Source: Macrostomum lignano
Taxonomy: Eukaryota
NCBI GenBank assembly: GCA_002269645.1
Contig: NIVC01000666.1
Span: forward strand, 310,001-374,000
Reading direction: 5' to 3'
Length of the DNA stretch: 64,000 nt
A model generated the notes under the pieces. That model did not search any database. It saw nothing but the letters and a program-made list of their open reading frames with translations, and had not been told where the DNA came from. Each line of letters begins with the position of its first letter. Position 1 is the stretch's first letter. Below, piece after piece: positions 46,641 to 60,409 of the stretch. A program made the position numbers and the translations under genes.

Positions 46641-49131
46641 ATGTTCTACGCGCATTTCGTGCTGACCAAGAAGGGCCCGCTGGCCAAAATCTGGCTGGCC
46701 GCCCACTGGGACAAGAAGCTCACCAAGGCTCACGTGTTTGAGACTAACATCTCGTCTAGCGTTGAGGCCATCCTCGAGCCCAAGGTGAAAATGGCTCTGC
46801 GCACATCCGGCCATCTGCTGCTTGGCGTTGTGAAAATCTACAATCGCAAGGCCAAGTACCTCCTGGCCGACTGTAACGAGGCCTACGTGAAGATCAAGAT
46901 GGCCTTCCGGCCGGGCGCCGTCGACCTGCCAGAAAAGAGTCGAGAGGCTGCCGCCGCCGCCATCACCCTGCCAGACAATCTGCAGGACTTCGAGTCCGAG
47001 GATCTGACCCACATTGCCGACCAGCTCAGCGTGCCGGTGGTGCATACCAGCCGGCCCGAGGACATCACCATGAAGGAGCTGGACGCCGGCGAGGCCGAGA
47101 TCAATCTGGGCCGGCCTGACGACGATTTCGGCGAGGCCGCCCTGGAAACTATGCGAGACGCCGGCGCAGAGAGCCTGTACTCTCAGGTACTTTATTTGAA
47201 GCTTTGGTGGGGCAAACGGTTTTGGCACTCAATTTGACAGTTCTGCCTCTTTATTCCCGATTGGCTTTTTCATTGCTCCTATCTTCTCCTAAGCATGAAC
47301 CGCCGCCCTCTGACCCCATTAGGAACCGCCCCTGAACCCATTAGGAACCGCCTGAACCCATTAGGAACCGCCATTTGACCCCATTAGGAACCGCCCCCTG
47401 ACCCCATTAGGAACCGCCATTTGACCCCATTAGGAACCGCCCCCTGACCCCATTATAAACCGCCCCTGAACCCATTAGGAACCGCCCCTGACCCCATTAG
47501 GAACCGCCCCTGACCCCATTAGGAACCGCCCTCTGACCCTATTAGAAACCGCCATTTGACCCCATTAGGAACCGCCATTTGACCCCATTAGGAACCGCCC
47601 CCTAACCCCATTAGGAACCGCCCTCTGACCCCTGGAAAGAAGACGTGGCCTCTGCTATAAGCCCCAGCAATCAGTATCCAGGAGCTCCCCAAATTCCCCA
47701 TCCGTAGTCCTGACTGATCCATTGCTCTATTCGCTAATCCGCACCGCCTTTGACAACTGGCAGGGCGCCAACAGCACCGGCCAGGCTGACGACATCGGCA
47801 GCATCGGCCGCGGCCGGCACTCCAACCAGCAGCACCAGGACAGCACCCTGGTGGACATGGAGAACGCCGCCGACGAAATCGGCCTGCTGGCCGGCCCCGC
47901 CGGCGACGACGACGACGACGAGGACGGCTTCGGTGGCGACTTCGAGCCAACCGACCTATTCGACGATCTGACCACTAAGCGGCACTTCGAGAACGTGCTG
48001 TCCGAAATCGACCTGCAGCCTCAGCCTCAGCCAACGGCTCCTAGCAGCGTCCTTGGCGAGCAGGAGTCCCGGTACGCCCTGCCGCCGCTGCCGGACATTT
48101 CATCTGCGTCGGCTGTCGGCAGCCATCAGCACCAGCAGCACCAGCAGGCCGGTCAGCATCACCAGCAAGGAGCCAGCGGCCCATCCGAGCCCAGCGTGCG
48201 CAGCCACGTGACCGCTCGTCGGGCACGCCGGCGTCGCCTCATTATTGACGACCAGAAATCGATCCCGTCCGAGCTGATGAAGGCTCACATGCAGGACACG
48301 TCCGAGATCGTCACTGTGCTGGACTTGGCCCCGCCAACTAAGAAGCTCATGCAGTGGAAGGAGACCGGCAGCGTTGACCGGCTTCTGTCGCACACGGCCC
48401 GCCTCCACCTCAGCGACCGCCTGCTGCGCCTCTTTGCTCAGAACGCGCGCACCCGCCCGGCCGCCAGCGGTGCCGACGCTGCGGCTGCTGCTGCCGCCGC
48501 CGCCGCCGAAGACGAGGACGCTGACATGCGCGACCTTCAAGAGCTCATCACTAGCGAGACGCCGCATCATCACCATCATCAGCATCACGAGAGCGTCGCC
48601 ATGACACCGATCCGTGAGGAGCTTAGCCACGGCCTCATCAGCACCAACACGGACCCGCTTATCGCCTCCTCCGCTCCGGCTGACCAGCCGCTCATCCCGG
48701 CCTCCGTGCCGCTGCACGGCAGCGTCCACACGCCGTTCCCCTTCCACCACGGCGACACTGACATTGTTGACCAAGTTGGCGGCCCGCCTAGCGTCTTCAA
48801 CCCCACCGGCCTGTCTGCCGAAGAGGATCTCGACCGCCAGATCACTTGCGAGGATGTTGAAGAGGCCACTGAGGAGGCGCGCACCGAACGACGCGGCGCA
48901 GCCATGCTGAAGGTTCTACAACTGCGCCTGGAAGGCCGGTCAGCCGCTGAGCCGTGCACCGTGTCTGAGCTCACTATCGGCAACGGGCGAAAAGCGGCAG
49001 CCGCCAAATTCTACACTCTGCTAACTCTGTGCAAGGTGCGCGGCGTTGAGATGCAGCAGAATGACGGCCCCTATTCGAATATCTACGTGCAAAAGGGTGC
49101 GCGCTTCGCGTCTCTGCTCAGTTCCGCGTGA
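46641..49131 (+). CDS. rad21: Cohesin kleisin RAD21/Scc1, 2 exons, ~637 aa
   Basis: Exon 46641-47186 has the N-terminal [51 protein letters not shown]. Exon 47764-49131 has [29 protein letters not shown] and the winged-helix [20 protein letters not shown]. Phase-0 intron with a CTAAT branch site. Confidence 0.95.
47297..47632. repeat. ~22-bp minisatellite (TGACCCCATTAGGAACCGCCCC) in the RAD21 intron
   Basis: About 15 variable units. Confidence 0.92.
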
Positions 49132-49304
49132 ATCACCGGTTGCTAGGATTCAGTGGCTCGAAATTATCTACACTATTATGGTCTATGAGCATACTAAACT
49201 GCACTATTGCTTTTAAATAGTTGAATTAACTTCTATAACCACAATGCATTCGTACGTACCTACCCACTGAGGAGTCCTATATCTTTGTGGCTCTGATCCT
49301 AAAT

Positions 49305-49757
49305 TGTTACCCACCCCACCTCCGCAGCATCGGGCTCGGGCCCTAAATGACACCCACCCCACCTCCGCAGCATCGGGCTCGGGCCCCTAATGACACCCAC
49401 CCCACCTCCGCAGCATCGGGCTCGGGTCCCTAATGACACCCACCCCACCTCCGCAGCATCGGGCTCGGGCCCTAAATGACACCCACCCCACCTCCGCAGC
49501 ATCGGGCTCGGGCTTCTAATGACACCCACCCCACCTCCGCAGCATCGGGCTCGGGCCCTAAATGACACCTACCCCACCTCCGCAGCATCGGGCTCGGGCC
49601 CTAAATGACACCCACCCCGCCTCCGCGGCATCGGGCTCGGGCCCTAAATGACACCCACCCCGCCTCCGCAGCATCGGGCTCGGGCCCTAAATGACACCCA
49701 CCCCGCCTCTGCAGCATCGGGCTCGGGCCCCTAATGACACCCACCCCACCTCCGCAA
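49305..49757. repeat. 43-bp minisatellite (GACACCCACCCCACCTCCGCAGCATCGGGCTCGGGCCCTAAAT), ~10 copies
   Basis: Near-identical tandem units just 3' of RAD21. Confidence 0.95.
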
Positions 49758-51558
49758 AATCAGCTTCGGCAATAACTAATCACAATATACTAAATTATGT
49801 CCTATTATCGATGTGACTTGTGTGGCATATTCCGGCGTGTTGCGGCAAACTTATAGCATTTGTCTAGCGTACATTTTCTCTTGCACATAATTTTGTTCTG
49901 TACTTCTTGTTAGCCTCTACAGTACCTATCATTATGATGATTGCTATACTATCGATTTTCGGAATCAGTCTGACACTGTCTTTTTTAACTCGTAATTGAT
50001 CATTTTTGGCGCAGCCTTTAGCGCCCTTTTTTCGCCTGGAGGCAGCCTGTGTAAATTATAGCTAAATTTCGCGTGCACCCGCACTCATCATTGATGTATT
50101 TTTATACACATTTATTATAGCTCGTACTGTCAATGTCGATTCTATATTTACAATGCATGCACCGCTTCCCCCCCTTGTGTACAGAGCTGCAGGTTTTTAA
50201 TTGCCTAACTTTATTCAAATCGGAATTGTTAATTTTGCGGCTTTTTAATCAATTGAATTGCTTCACTTTTATTTATAATTTTCTTTTTTTGTTTTTGCGC
50301 ATGTGATTGAACTTTCCGCTTTGGGATTCAGATTTTTCGCATGCCGCACGATCGCTTCTATTTATCCCTTGGATGTTGTAAATTTGTTTATTTCATTGTA
50401 TATTGTAGCTTCGTTTTAATCTCTTTGCTGCACGTTGCGAAAGCTTTTATTAACTTTACGCACTCCCCCTCCTGTACATATAGTGCATCGTTTTATCTGT
50501 CGTATGCTCGCTTCGCTGTTTATTATTATAATGCCAATGGGGGCACATTATTATACAAAATATATATTTTTCTTTAATTCACTGCTTGTTCTTCGTGACA
50601 CTTTTTAACCGAGCCATTATCTTACATAATTCCGTATCGTAAGCTTATCATTTAAATAAACGTCTTTTAGCTGATAGTTATTTGAAAACTTTCAGGCCTT
50701 CGATTTTTTGGGATATTTGACTAAAATTGATAGAATTAAACCGGTCTACGACATTAGCCCGCGGGAAGTTTGTCCGCAGACATTTGACTGTCAAATTACA
50801 TTATAACTCGTATAACTGGTTTACCACTCTATGATAAAATCGAAAACGAATTTTAATGGTCCATTCTTGTTTAGATCAAAGTTTGTTGGTCTGCTAAAAA
50901 TGAATTATAGCAGTAGCAAGTTAAACACTCTTAACTGATCCATTCCAGGCAATTAAACAGTCAATTTAGTCAATCAACGGAACTTCTCGTTAGTAAAAGC
51001 ATTTGCTTTTAACAATGACACAGAAGCTTAGTGTAACAAGTGTTAGACAAAATATGTGAGCAAGGATCCTTCTATGCTCTCAAAAATTTCTGTCGGCTAA
51101 TACACTTTTTACGCTGCTACTATCGCTGGTACTATCAGTTGAAAAACTGCAGCTGATTGGCTACGAACGCACTATGTGCTTTAAGGATTGTTTTACACTT
51201 TCATTGACTTATTATCTAGTACCAAGTCCTTAAATACTAGTAATTCTGTCTTGGACTAATGCTTTTACTTTAATTAGACAGCCGAATATCTGAGGGCGTC
51301 CCAAGATTTGTAGCGTCCCAAATCCAACAATAAACCAAAGATGCTAAAGGCGTCAAAAGATAAAAAGCTGACTACCATTGCTGAACAATGGGATTAGGAT
51401 CTCGAACTTACAGTCTGACGCTTCTAACTTTGACCCAACCAAACCGTATGTTATATGCAAACCAACCAACCATTTTGTAACGATGATTAGTTGGATTTAA
51501 AACTGAAACTAATCATAATACTTTATATACTGGCAAAGATGCCCTACTTGACTTTGGA

Positions 51559-52570
51559 GGTTCCTGGACACTTCGCCATCTTACCACTTCGTCATCCACT
51601 CTTATTATTGGACACTTCGTCATCTTACCACTTCGTCATCCACTTACTAATGTGGACACTTCGTCATCTACTCCCTGGACACTTCGTCATCCACATTTTG
51701 TATGAAAAACTTTGCTATATGTAACATGTATACTCGTACATGCAACTACATAACTATATAAAGATAGCCGAACCGAGGGATGTGACCCAGGCGAGAGCAG
51801 CTAAGCAGGAAGCTGCGGATGGAGAGTTCGCCAGCTCGATATTTAGCCCAGTTGCGCTCTGCAGACTCCTGCAGACTGCAGACTGCAGGCCCATGTGTTG
51901 TACACGGCGAAAAATTGCTTGGGAGTAGTGGAATAGGCAGCCCTGCAATTTAGCACGAGGAAAAACGGAGCGCAGTGACTTCCAGACAGCAGCTTCAAAA
52001 TCAAGCACGCATGACTCAGGACCTGCCTGGCCTCCAATTACATTCTTAAGTAAATTAAAGATAGAATTGTAATCATGCACAGACTTCCCTGACAGCAAGG
52101 AGAGCAAGGTGGAGCAAGGAGAAATCCATGGCCACATACTTTGTTGCCTCCCCTGGGTTGTAGAAGTGATAATGCCAATTTTAGGCTTTAGCAAGGAAGC
52201 AAAAATAATTATTAGAGCTTGGCAAGTTTGAACATTAGAACAAAATTACAATGAGCACTAGTATCTACGTATGTACTCGTACATTAAAGCGTGCATATGC
52301 AAACTGCGTATACATTGTGTACATTGGATGCCAATTATAGCGACAACAGACAAAATTGACTAATATAATTGAGTAACAATTTATAGCAATAACAATCGAA
52401 TAACAATTTACAGCGTTGCTAAATCTTGGGATGACGAAGTGTCCTCAAAATTTGGTCACTTTGTCATCTAGATTTACTAACATTTTTTTGATATGACGAA
52501 GCATCCAAAAACCATGGTCACTTCGTCATCGAGATGACGAAGTGGTAAGATGACGAAGTGTCCAGGAACC
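51559..52570 (-). mobile_element. Internally deleted Mutator (MULE) transposon with a transposase remnant
   Basis: 38-bp TIRs GGTTCCTGGACACTTCG(C/T)CATCTTACCACTTCGTCATC; 8-bp TSD ACTTTGGA (51551-51558, 52571-52578); transposase motif PESCVLDFEAAVWKSLRSVFPRAKLQGCLFHYSQAIFRRVQHMGL (in ORF 51754-52194). Confidence 0.92.
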
Positions 52571-52932
52571 ACTTTGGATGTCAGGTCTGGAGCTGCAATG
52601 AGTTGAAAAGATAAATAATTGTTATAAACGTTACAAAATCTTGGCCCAAAAGACACAATTTCAATCTTTCTTCTTTCTAGGAAAGCAAGTGAATCGTTCG
52701 TTCGGCATTTTCAGAGCAGAGTCACTCACTCTAACTTGTCTAAGGACTTGTCGTAAACGAATTATCTTATTGTGAAAGTACATATGGTTTATCCTTTAGT
52801 TTATAATGCAGTTTATAGATTTGGTGCGTCCTCGGACGTGCTATTGCCTGCAGAATCTCGGTTCGGACGTTCTGGATCACCGGAGTGAAAGAATAGATAC
52901 TTGCGAAGTTGCGATACACATCGTCATATGTA

Positions 52933-53367
52933 CATACGCGTAGGAACGTGGGGGCCAGTGGTACCATCCCCCCACTTTTTTAATTTTAATTTTAATTTTT
53001 GGTTTTTGCTGCTTTGCATGAATGCATTTTGCTGCAGGGCGACAAAACATAGCGCCTGCAGCGCCAAAATGAGTGCCTGCGGCGCTAAATGAGTGCTTGT
53101 GGTGCTGAAATGAGTGCCTGCAGTGCTAAAATGAGAACCTGTGGCGCTTAAATGAGTGCCTGCGGCACTAAAATCAGTGCCTATGGCTATGCCACTTCAT
53201 AAAATAACATTCTGACAATATGCATTCTGAAAATAATTGGTACATGATAATGTGCATTTTCCATGTAAAAAAATCTAACTTAATGGGGGCATGCACCCTG
53301 TGAAACCCCCCCCCCTAAAAGACCTGCCCCTCCCCCCCCCTACTTTTTGAAATGTACTACACCTAGG
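52933..53367. mobile_element. Degenerate hAT-type MITE
   Basis: Imperfect TIRs CATACGCGTAG / CTACACCTAGG, subterminal G and C runs, 7/8 TSD CATATGTA / CCTATGTA, internal AAATGAGTGCCTG repeats. Confidence 0.5.
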
Positions 53368-56185
53368 CCTATGTATATGTAAAATTGTGGTTATCTTTTA
53401 TTTTTTCATGTGTAATTATTTTCTTTGAAAATTTGTAGTTTCTATTCAGTTCAACAATTAATACTATAACAGATTCAATAGAAAGATTGATGTTTTAAAC
53501 TATATATATATATATTTTCAAATATATATATATTTGAAATATATATATTTTTTTTTCAAATATATTTTCAATTGTCAACTAGGACCTTGTAAAACTGGTA
53601 AACACCAAATGGGTAGTCCTATAAATAAAAAAGCAACAATACAATGGTTGTAGATATAGATAAGAGGCTAGCCATGGTTCAGTGGTACACTAAGCTAAAA
53701 TGATTAGTTGCATGATAGCTTAAGTTATGACTATGAGTCTACTGCATCTGCCTCACACTGACTGACCACTGACAAAGTCTATCCACCCAACTATTAGTCA
53801 GACTTTGTGCCAGAGACAAATCTTTCAAGCTACATCAATCCCCTTTGAATTGAAAATTTATAAGAATATAATTAAACATTCAAAAGTTAAAGATTGCCAA
53901 TATTGTTAGAGTATATAAAGTACAACAGTGCATGCTAATTGACCTACATTAACCATTATTATAGATATCTAAAATGACTGTTAAAAAATAATCAAATTTA
54001 AGACCTCTTAGGAAATACCTTTTTTACTTTCAATGAATTTTATTGTCTGTATCATATATAAGAGTGATGCTATCTTGTTTTTCAGAAATGTATATATTGA
54101 TAGCTTTTTAATAGTACTTGCACTAAGCTAAAGCCACATATTGGCTGAAGCTTAGTTATACAATTGCTATAGCAAAAGCTATCCACATGTGTATTGTTCC
54201 TTTTTGCCTATGGTTGGCTAGTTGGGATAATTTAATCTATGTTATATCATGTTATATCATCTTATAATAAAGAAAAAATATACATAAGGCTATAATTTTA
54301 GCCTTGCAATTATGGAATAGAGTAGAAACACTTTGTTTACCATTAACTAAATAAGTTTGCTATTTAATATTTAAGAGCTACAAATCAAAATATATTTATT
54401 AAAATATAATTATAATAGGCCTAATCTTGTATATTCCAAAATAGTCTAACCTAATGATATATTGATTAAAATAAATTTTGTTTTACTATATATATAATAT
54501 TTTTATTGATTATATTAAATAATAATTTATATATGCCATAGGCCTAACATAATCTATATAAAATTATATCCAATTTAATTATTATGTATAATAAGCCAAC
54601 ATATAATATATAAATAATTATTTTCTTTGCAAAGTTTGTAATATATAATAAGACTTGTTTAGCAATGCCTTACAGTCTATAAAAACCTTTAAACACTTGT
54701 TCTTTAAAATTTAAATCTTTATATAATTTAAACTTATCCATTATTATATAGGCTAATACTGCTAATTAACCAGACTATTTCCTTTATATTAATGCATATA
54801 AATAGTATAGCCTAGTAGTAAATTTCTAACACAATTTTGAAGTTTGCACTTTTTGATGCAAAAAAAAGGTATATCCTCATATTGGTATCAAAAAGCATCC
54901 TGGGTACTTGTATATCTTGATGAATGGTATTTATAAGCTAATCAGCTAATAATTGAATCAATTGTTGAATCAATATTTATTGCAATTCTACTGCTTTTCA
55001 ATAGAATATTGAATGCATGCATTTGTACTATGGACAAAAATCCTAGACAAAAGTCATAAACAAAAGCCATAGACCCCTCTGCAAACTTCAAAATCATGTT
55101 AGTAATTTCTCCTATTGGAATAAATGTTGAAAAATTGTGGACGCGCACTTTAGAAAAGAGTCAAATTATTTTACTGCACTTTAAGATTATTAGAAATCAT
55201 TTTCTGTCAAAATCAAAATTTGCTAACTTTCTGAAATTGTAATTAAAATTTTCTGAAATCAAAATTCAGAAAAACAAAGTTAACTATGACAAAAACTCAC
55301 TTTTTTACTCTTGATTTACTGCTTATGCAAAACAAAATACATGTATATGTAGCACAAATTAGTTTATTTTTAGCCACTCTTTTACACACTTCCAAAATTT
55401 CAATTTCCAAATTTTTTCTAAATCAAAATTCACTCTTAAAAATTCCAAATTTTGGAAAATCACAATCAAAATTTTGAAAAATCACAATCAAAATTTTGGA
55501 ACATCTCTAAGCATTATACGAGGTATTACAAGTGTATAGGCCCTTTCAACAAAGGTATTAGACCTTTTCCATACATTTTTATTTGGTAGAGCAGCAGCCA
55601 GCAGGAAAGGGCAGCACTGCTGCGCGCCTGTGTGTGCACTGCAATTTAGAAAAATTTTGAAAGTGCGCCAGATGCCATCCGCAGTTTTACAACTTTTTCC
55701 TATAGGGGTAATTTCTTTGATACAGTTTTGCAATGCTAATTTTTGCCAGGCACATGGTGAACACAGTCCAGAAACTTTTGCAATACCCTTCATACTAGTA
55801 AAATCATTATAGTAAAGCATTGTAATTTTAATAAATAACAAAAAATTAATTAACAAATTTTATAATAAATTTTACTGTATACAAATTACATTTGAAATCA
55901 GAGTTTAGATTAAAAAAACTGAAGCAATTGTTCACACTTCATTTAGACTTTTTCACAGTGATTTCCTGCATACATATATTGTAATGCTGAAGTCTAGGCC
56001 CCCAAAACTGATACATATAATGTATATCTTCTCTGTTTACATTCTCCAAACCTGTTACATAGGTATGGCGTCACTTTAGACTCAGTTCTGGATTCGTTGG
56101 CTAAGTACTATATAAGCAGTGGATTATCAATGAACTGCATGGCATGGTTATATATTAGTCTGCCTAAATACGAGTAGATTCTAGC

Positions 56186-58489
56186 ATGCGTATGCCAGCT
56201 GTGCTAAACCTGTTTGGTCGCTCGCCTCCCGCAGCGGTATCAGCTGTGACAGCAAAGTCTGCTAGTCCGATGAAGCAGGGAATTCACAGTCGGCTGCTGC
56301 CGCCGGAATCCGGCGCTTCAGCATTTGAAGCTCTCTACCGTCTGCGCCGACGTCTATGCGGCGGTCAAACCTCCGTTGTGGCGGCCTCATCCACTGCGGA
56401 CGACTGGCGCCTTCGAGTTGTTGAATACGCGCTGCCAGACTGCTGCGACAGCCGCGGCTCCGACTGGCAGCCTGAGGATGGTGACACCCTCTGCACTGCC
56501 TTCACCGACATCAACTCTCGGTTCACCTTCTTGTTTGCTGTGTTCACCCGACTGCATGTAGGGGAGGACTACATCGTCGAGTGCTTGGCGTTGGTCACTA
56601 GACGGCCAGGGTTCGACATCTTTCCGGCCTTGCTGCGACAGCTCAGCGGCCAGTGGCCGGTCGACCCGGTGCTGGCCATTTCTCAGCAGCTGGCCACCTC
56701 GGTCACCATGGGACAGCCGACCGGACACCGGGACAGCCAGTTGCCGGACACTGGCCAGTGGGGTCCGGCGCGTGAACTGTCCGACCGGCTTGGCCGCTGT
56801 TCAGACACCTTGTTGTACCTGCTGACCGCTATGCTTACTGAGCGAAAACTGCTTCTGGTTGCCAGGTAAATATGCTAGTTTTATTATCCTCCCACAGGGA
56901 TCTTAGTCCTCGAGCTTCCTACTGAGCTAGATGGTGCAGCTGCATACTCGTATCGTACTCTTGTCTCGTATCGTTTCCATAAATTATTTCCATCGCGTTT
57001 TTTAAAGACGCTTGGATCGCTTGACTCTGTGCGCCTTCGGCTGCGTTTCTATGCTGTACCCGTTCAGCTGGGAGCACGTGTTCGCGCCCAGCCTCTCCGC
57101 TGCCAACATTGACCACATCGGCTGCCTTGTGCCCTGCGTTTTCGGCTTAGTTGAGGCTCTCTACGTTACTAACCGGGCCAAAGTTGACGCCAATTTTGCC
57201 GACCGAGATTTTGCTCTGGTCAATCTGGATAGCGGAGATCTGTTTGTGGCTGATGGCGCTGAGGCCTCTGCTGAGCAGCTCGGGCTACCCAAGAGTGAGT
57301 CCTTTAGCTTTTCCTGTCTGAAACGGTCATTCTTTGTGACCGCATCTCGCCACCCTCCCAGATCCTCAGTTGCTGAACCACTTCCATCCTTCCCCCCCCC
57401 CCCAATCCTTAATTGCTGCGCCTCCGCCGCCATCCCCGATTCTAAGACTAGCCTCCCAGATTCCACGTAAGCCTCTTTCTTAACAGCCAGTATCTACACA
57501 CATTCATTTCCTAAGGACTCGTGCGCGCCGCCAAGCGTTCTCTAAGCCGCTCTCGGTCCTCCAGCGCCCCAGGCGACGCCTTTTCCCAGGCCCTGCTCCG
57601 AGTCACCGTGGAACTGCTGGCGCCGATTCGACAGCAGCCGGCCGGCTCGGATTTCAACCTGGACGCCTTCCTAGCCGCCAGTCCTGAGTCGCACCGGGCG
57701 TTCCTGCGCCGCCTGTCCGGCTCGCAGCTGTTCCGCGAGTTCGTCGACCGCTACCTAGCCGCCGGCACATCCGAGTCTCATTACGAAGCGTTCAATCGGG
57801 CCGCCGATCGGCTGCTGGCGAGCCGCCAGCGCAAGCGAGCCATCGTCAACCTGCCGCGCAACATTGGTCGCAGGGTGCGCTCTAACCTGCTCTCCAGACG
57901 GTTGGCTTCGGCCCATTCGGCTGCTCAGCAGCTTCCACAGAAACCGGAGCTAATCGGAGAGAAATTAGAAAGCGATGATGATGCTGAAGAAGACGAAGCT
58001 GAAGAAGGCTTTGACGAAGCCGATGGAGTAGTTAAGTCTCTGAACGATAGTTTGGCTCCAACCGTCATGCTGAACAGCGGAGTCGGCGATGACGTTGGCG
58101 AGGGCAGCGGTGAAGGTGTACTGATAAACATCGACGACTCGGACAGCGGCAGCAACAATAATGATGCCGCTTCGCTGCACTCGGCTGCCTCGTCTTTGCA
58201 CAGCATTGGCGGCCCCGCCCACGTCCATTTCGTGTCGCCTCCATCGACTTTGCCTTTGCGGCCCCAGCAGGCGCAGACTGACAGCATCGAGGATTGGTCA
58301 GCTCTAATCGGCGACTCGAGACCAGCACCGGCACCAGAGAGCAGTTCCGAGACGGACCTGTTGCAGTTTAGCTCGCCTCTCAAAGCTCAGATTTTGAGTC
58401 GCTACGGGACCGGAGCTTCACGGCCGGCCTCGTTTCCGATTGGCTCTGCGGCTACGGGTATGGGAAATAACTGGGTCAGCTTCGCCTGA
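56186..58489 (+). CDS. DENN-domain protein (DENND1/DENND2-like Rab GEF), 3 coding exons, ~646 aa
   Basis: Exons 56186-56865, 57008-57294 and 57516-58489 are phase-consistent (1941 nt). Motifs: LLTAMLTERKLLLVAR|RLDRLTLC..MLYPFSWEHVFAPSL and dDENN AFLRRLSGSQLFREFVD. The start may be incomplete. Confidence 0.85.
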
Positions 58490-60409
58490 AATATGCAAAA
58501 TACAGTATCAATATGAATACAAGGTGTGGAAATGGGAATTCTTTATCTTCTCGCCGGTTAATCTCCCATATCAATCTTTTGATTATCTGACTGATCATCT
58601 CGCAGCTTAATCTATTGATTGTTTCGTGGATCAAATCATGTTTTGGTAGCAACATTTTTGTGTTCATATTGGGTTTGTCAAGCTATTGAAATTTGTGTCT
58701 GTAAATATAAATATTATCTATCTCGTGTCTTTGCTAAAAATGTGAGTTCATATATTTTCAGACGAATAGCTGTGCTTTATCTGATACTTGTAGAGCCTTG
58801 CGCTATTGATTTTTATAGACTACGGACTGACCGATCAGTCCCAGCTAGCCATGGATCGATTCGGCGCTTTGCTTGTTTATTTACTATTTATTTTTTATTC
58901 GCTTTTTTCTGACCCAATCCATTCCATAATAGCACAGTTTGGATGCAGCCAGTTCACATATTTCTTTGATGAAGCGCGCCTCAGTTGCGGATTTTTATGG
59001 TATTTATTCATTCAAACTCAGAATTTTTCTACTTCTAATTAATGAATTACTAGCCGACGGCGACTTATCGAATTTTTTATTAACTGTAGCTCATTGCAGT
59101 CACGTGCATAGTTGAGAGTAGCCTTGGATTTTAATGCATGTTGATTCAATTATCTTGTAACAAAAAGCTACAGTGCCTTTCTATACTAATTTTTGCTACG
59201 CTTAAGCACTCTGCAGTCATCGGCGCAACTTCCTACTGTTATTCTATCGACTACCTTATATTCCATTCGAATTCGGGTAAGATTGTAAGCAACTTATCAA
59301 TCAATGTTCGAACCGAGCTTTTTAGCTTTACTTAGCTACTGATGAATAAAAGAAACGCAAACAAGGAAATGAACTTTGACGGCTTGCTACATCTAAAGTA
59401 GGTTTTTAGTTCTACTTATACAAGTATAGGAAACCTGTGTCAAGATTTTTTATATAATTTCTTGTCTTGTTGACTAACTAATTTAATTTCTAAAGTTGTA
59501 GCTCGTAAACGTTTGTTATCTACTGCAGTACTGCTTTATACTCGTACGAGCTATTTTTTTACATCGGTATATAGTGTTTTGCCTGTCCTACACTTATTAT
59601 ACGTAAGGTCTAAAGTAAGAAGTATATTCGGACTTCGGATCAAGTGATTCGAAATTTTAGCCACTAGGAAAAGACGTTATCTTATCTTTTGTCTGTATGT
59701 GAAGGAAACTTGGGCAATCCCAAATCAGTTTGCATTTCAATCCGATCCGTTTTGATGACTCATCAGTCTTAACTAAATTCTTAGCGGGAGGAATTTACTG
59801 GGGGTGGTACGGATGGGGTTAGGTTGGGTTGGCGCTTTTATTCAGTTAAATCGATAAAACGGTTTTAGACTTTGGTGGTATGGTATTGGCGTTTTTGTGC
59901 CCTGCCTAAGCTTTAGCGGTACTTGTTCTAACTTTAGTTGTTTTTTTAGTCTGTTTACTATAAGTTATAGTTAGGATTTAGCTGTTTAGCATATAATATA
60001 AAATAAAAGTAAACCTTTCACCTCGTCGATGACAGTGCTTATGTGTTTGCTTGCTAGTGCTTAGTGCGCTTTAAATTGTGATGCTTGGTTTTTTTATATT
60101 AAGCATGAACTTTGCTTAAAAAATATAGGTATTAATTAACAGTAACTCCGTGCTGCTTATCTTTTTTGTAATCTTTTTCAGGTGCTGCGATTTAATTTAA
60201 CTTTGTGGTTCTCTACTTCTCAATTTATTGTCCATTCATGCTTTGATATTTTGTAGTGTGAATTGGAATGAGTATACTTTTATTGCCATACCTCATCTCT
60301 TCCTGTCAACCAAATATTAACACTGTCAACACTACAATACTCAACGCTACGTCGTCTGTTATAGAATTTAAATGAATTTCGCAAATTTAGTATAAACGCC
60401 ACATTTTAT

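Noticed and set aside
47297-47632. RAD21 intron repeat as a duplicated splice acceptor, as seen in MTA
   Set aside because: Units contain ATTAG, but use in frame hits a stop with no good donor. Direct splicing 47186 to 47764 gives a normal-length RAD21.
53505-53560. AT palindrome TTCAAATATATATATATTTGAA as a functional cruciform
   Set aside because: Expected from (TA)n microsatellite slippage in very AT-rich DNA.
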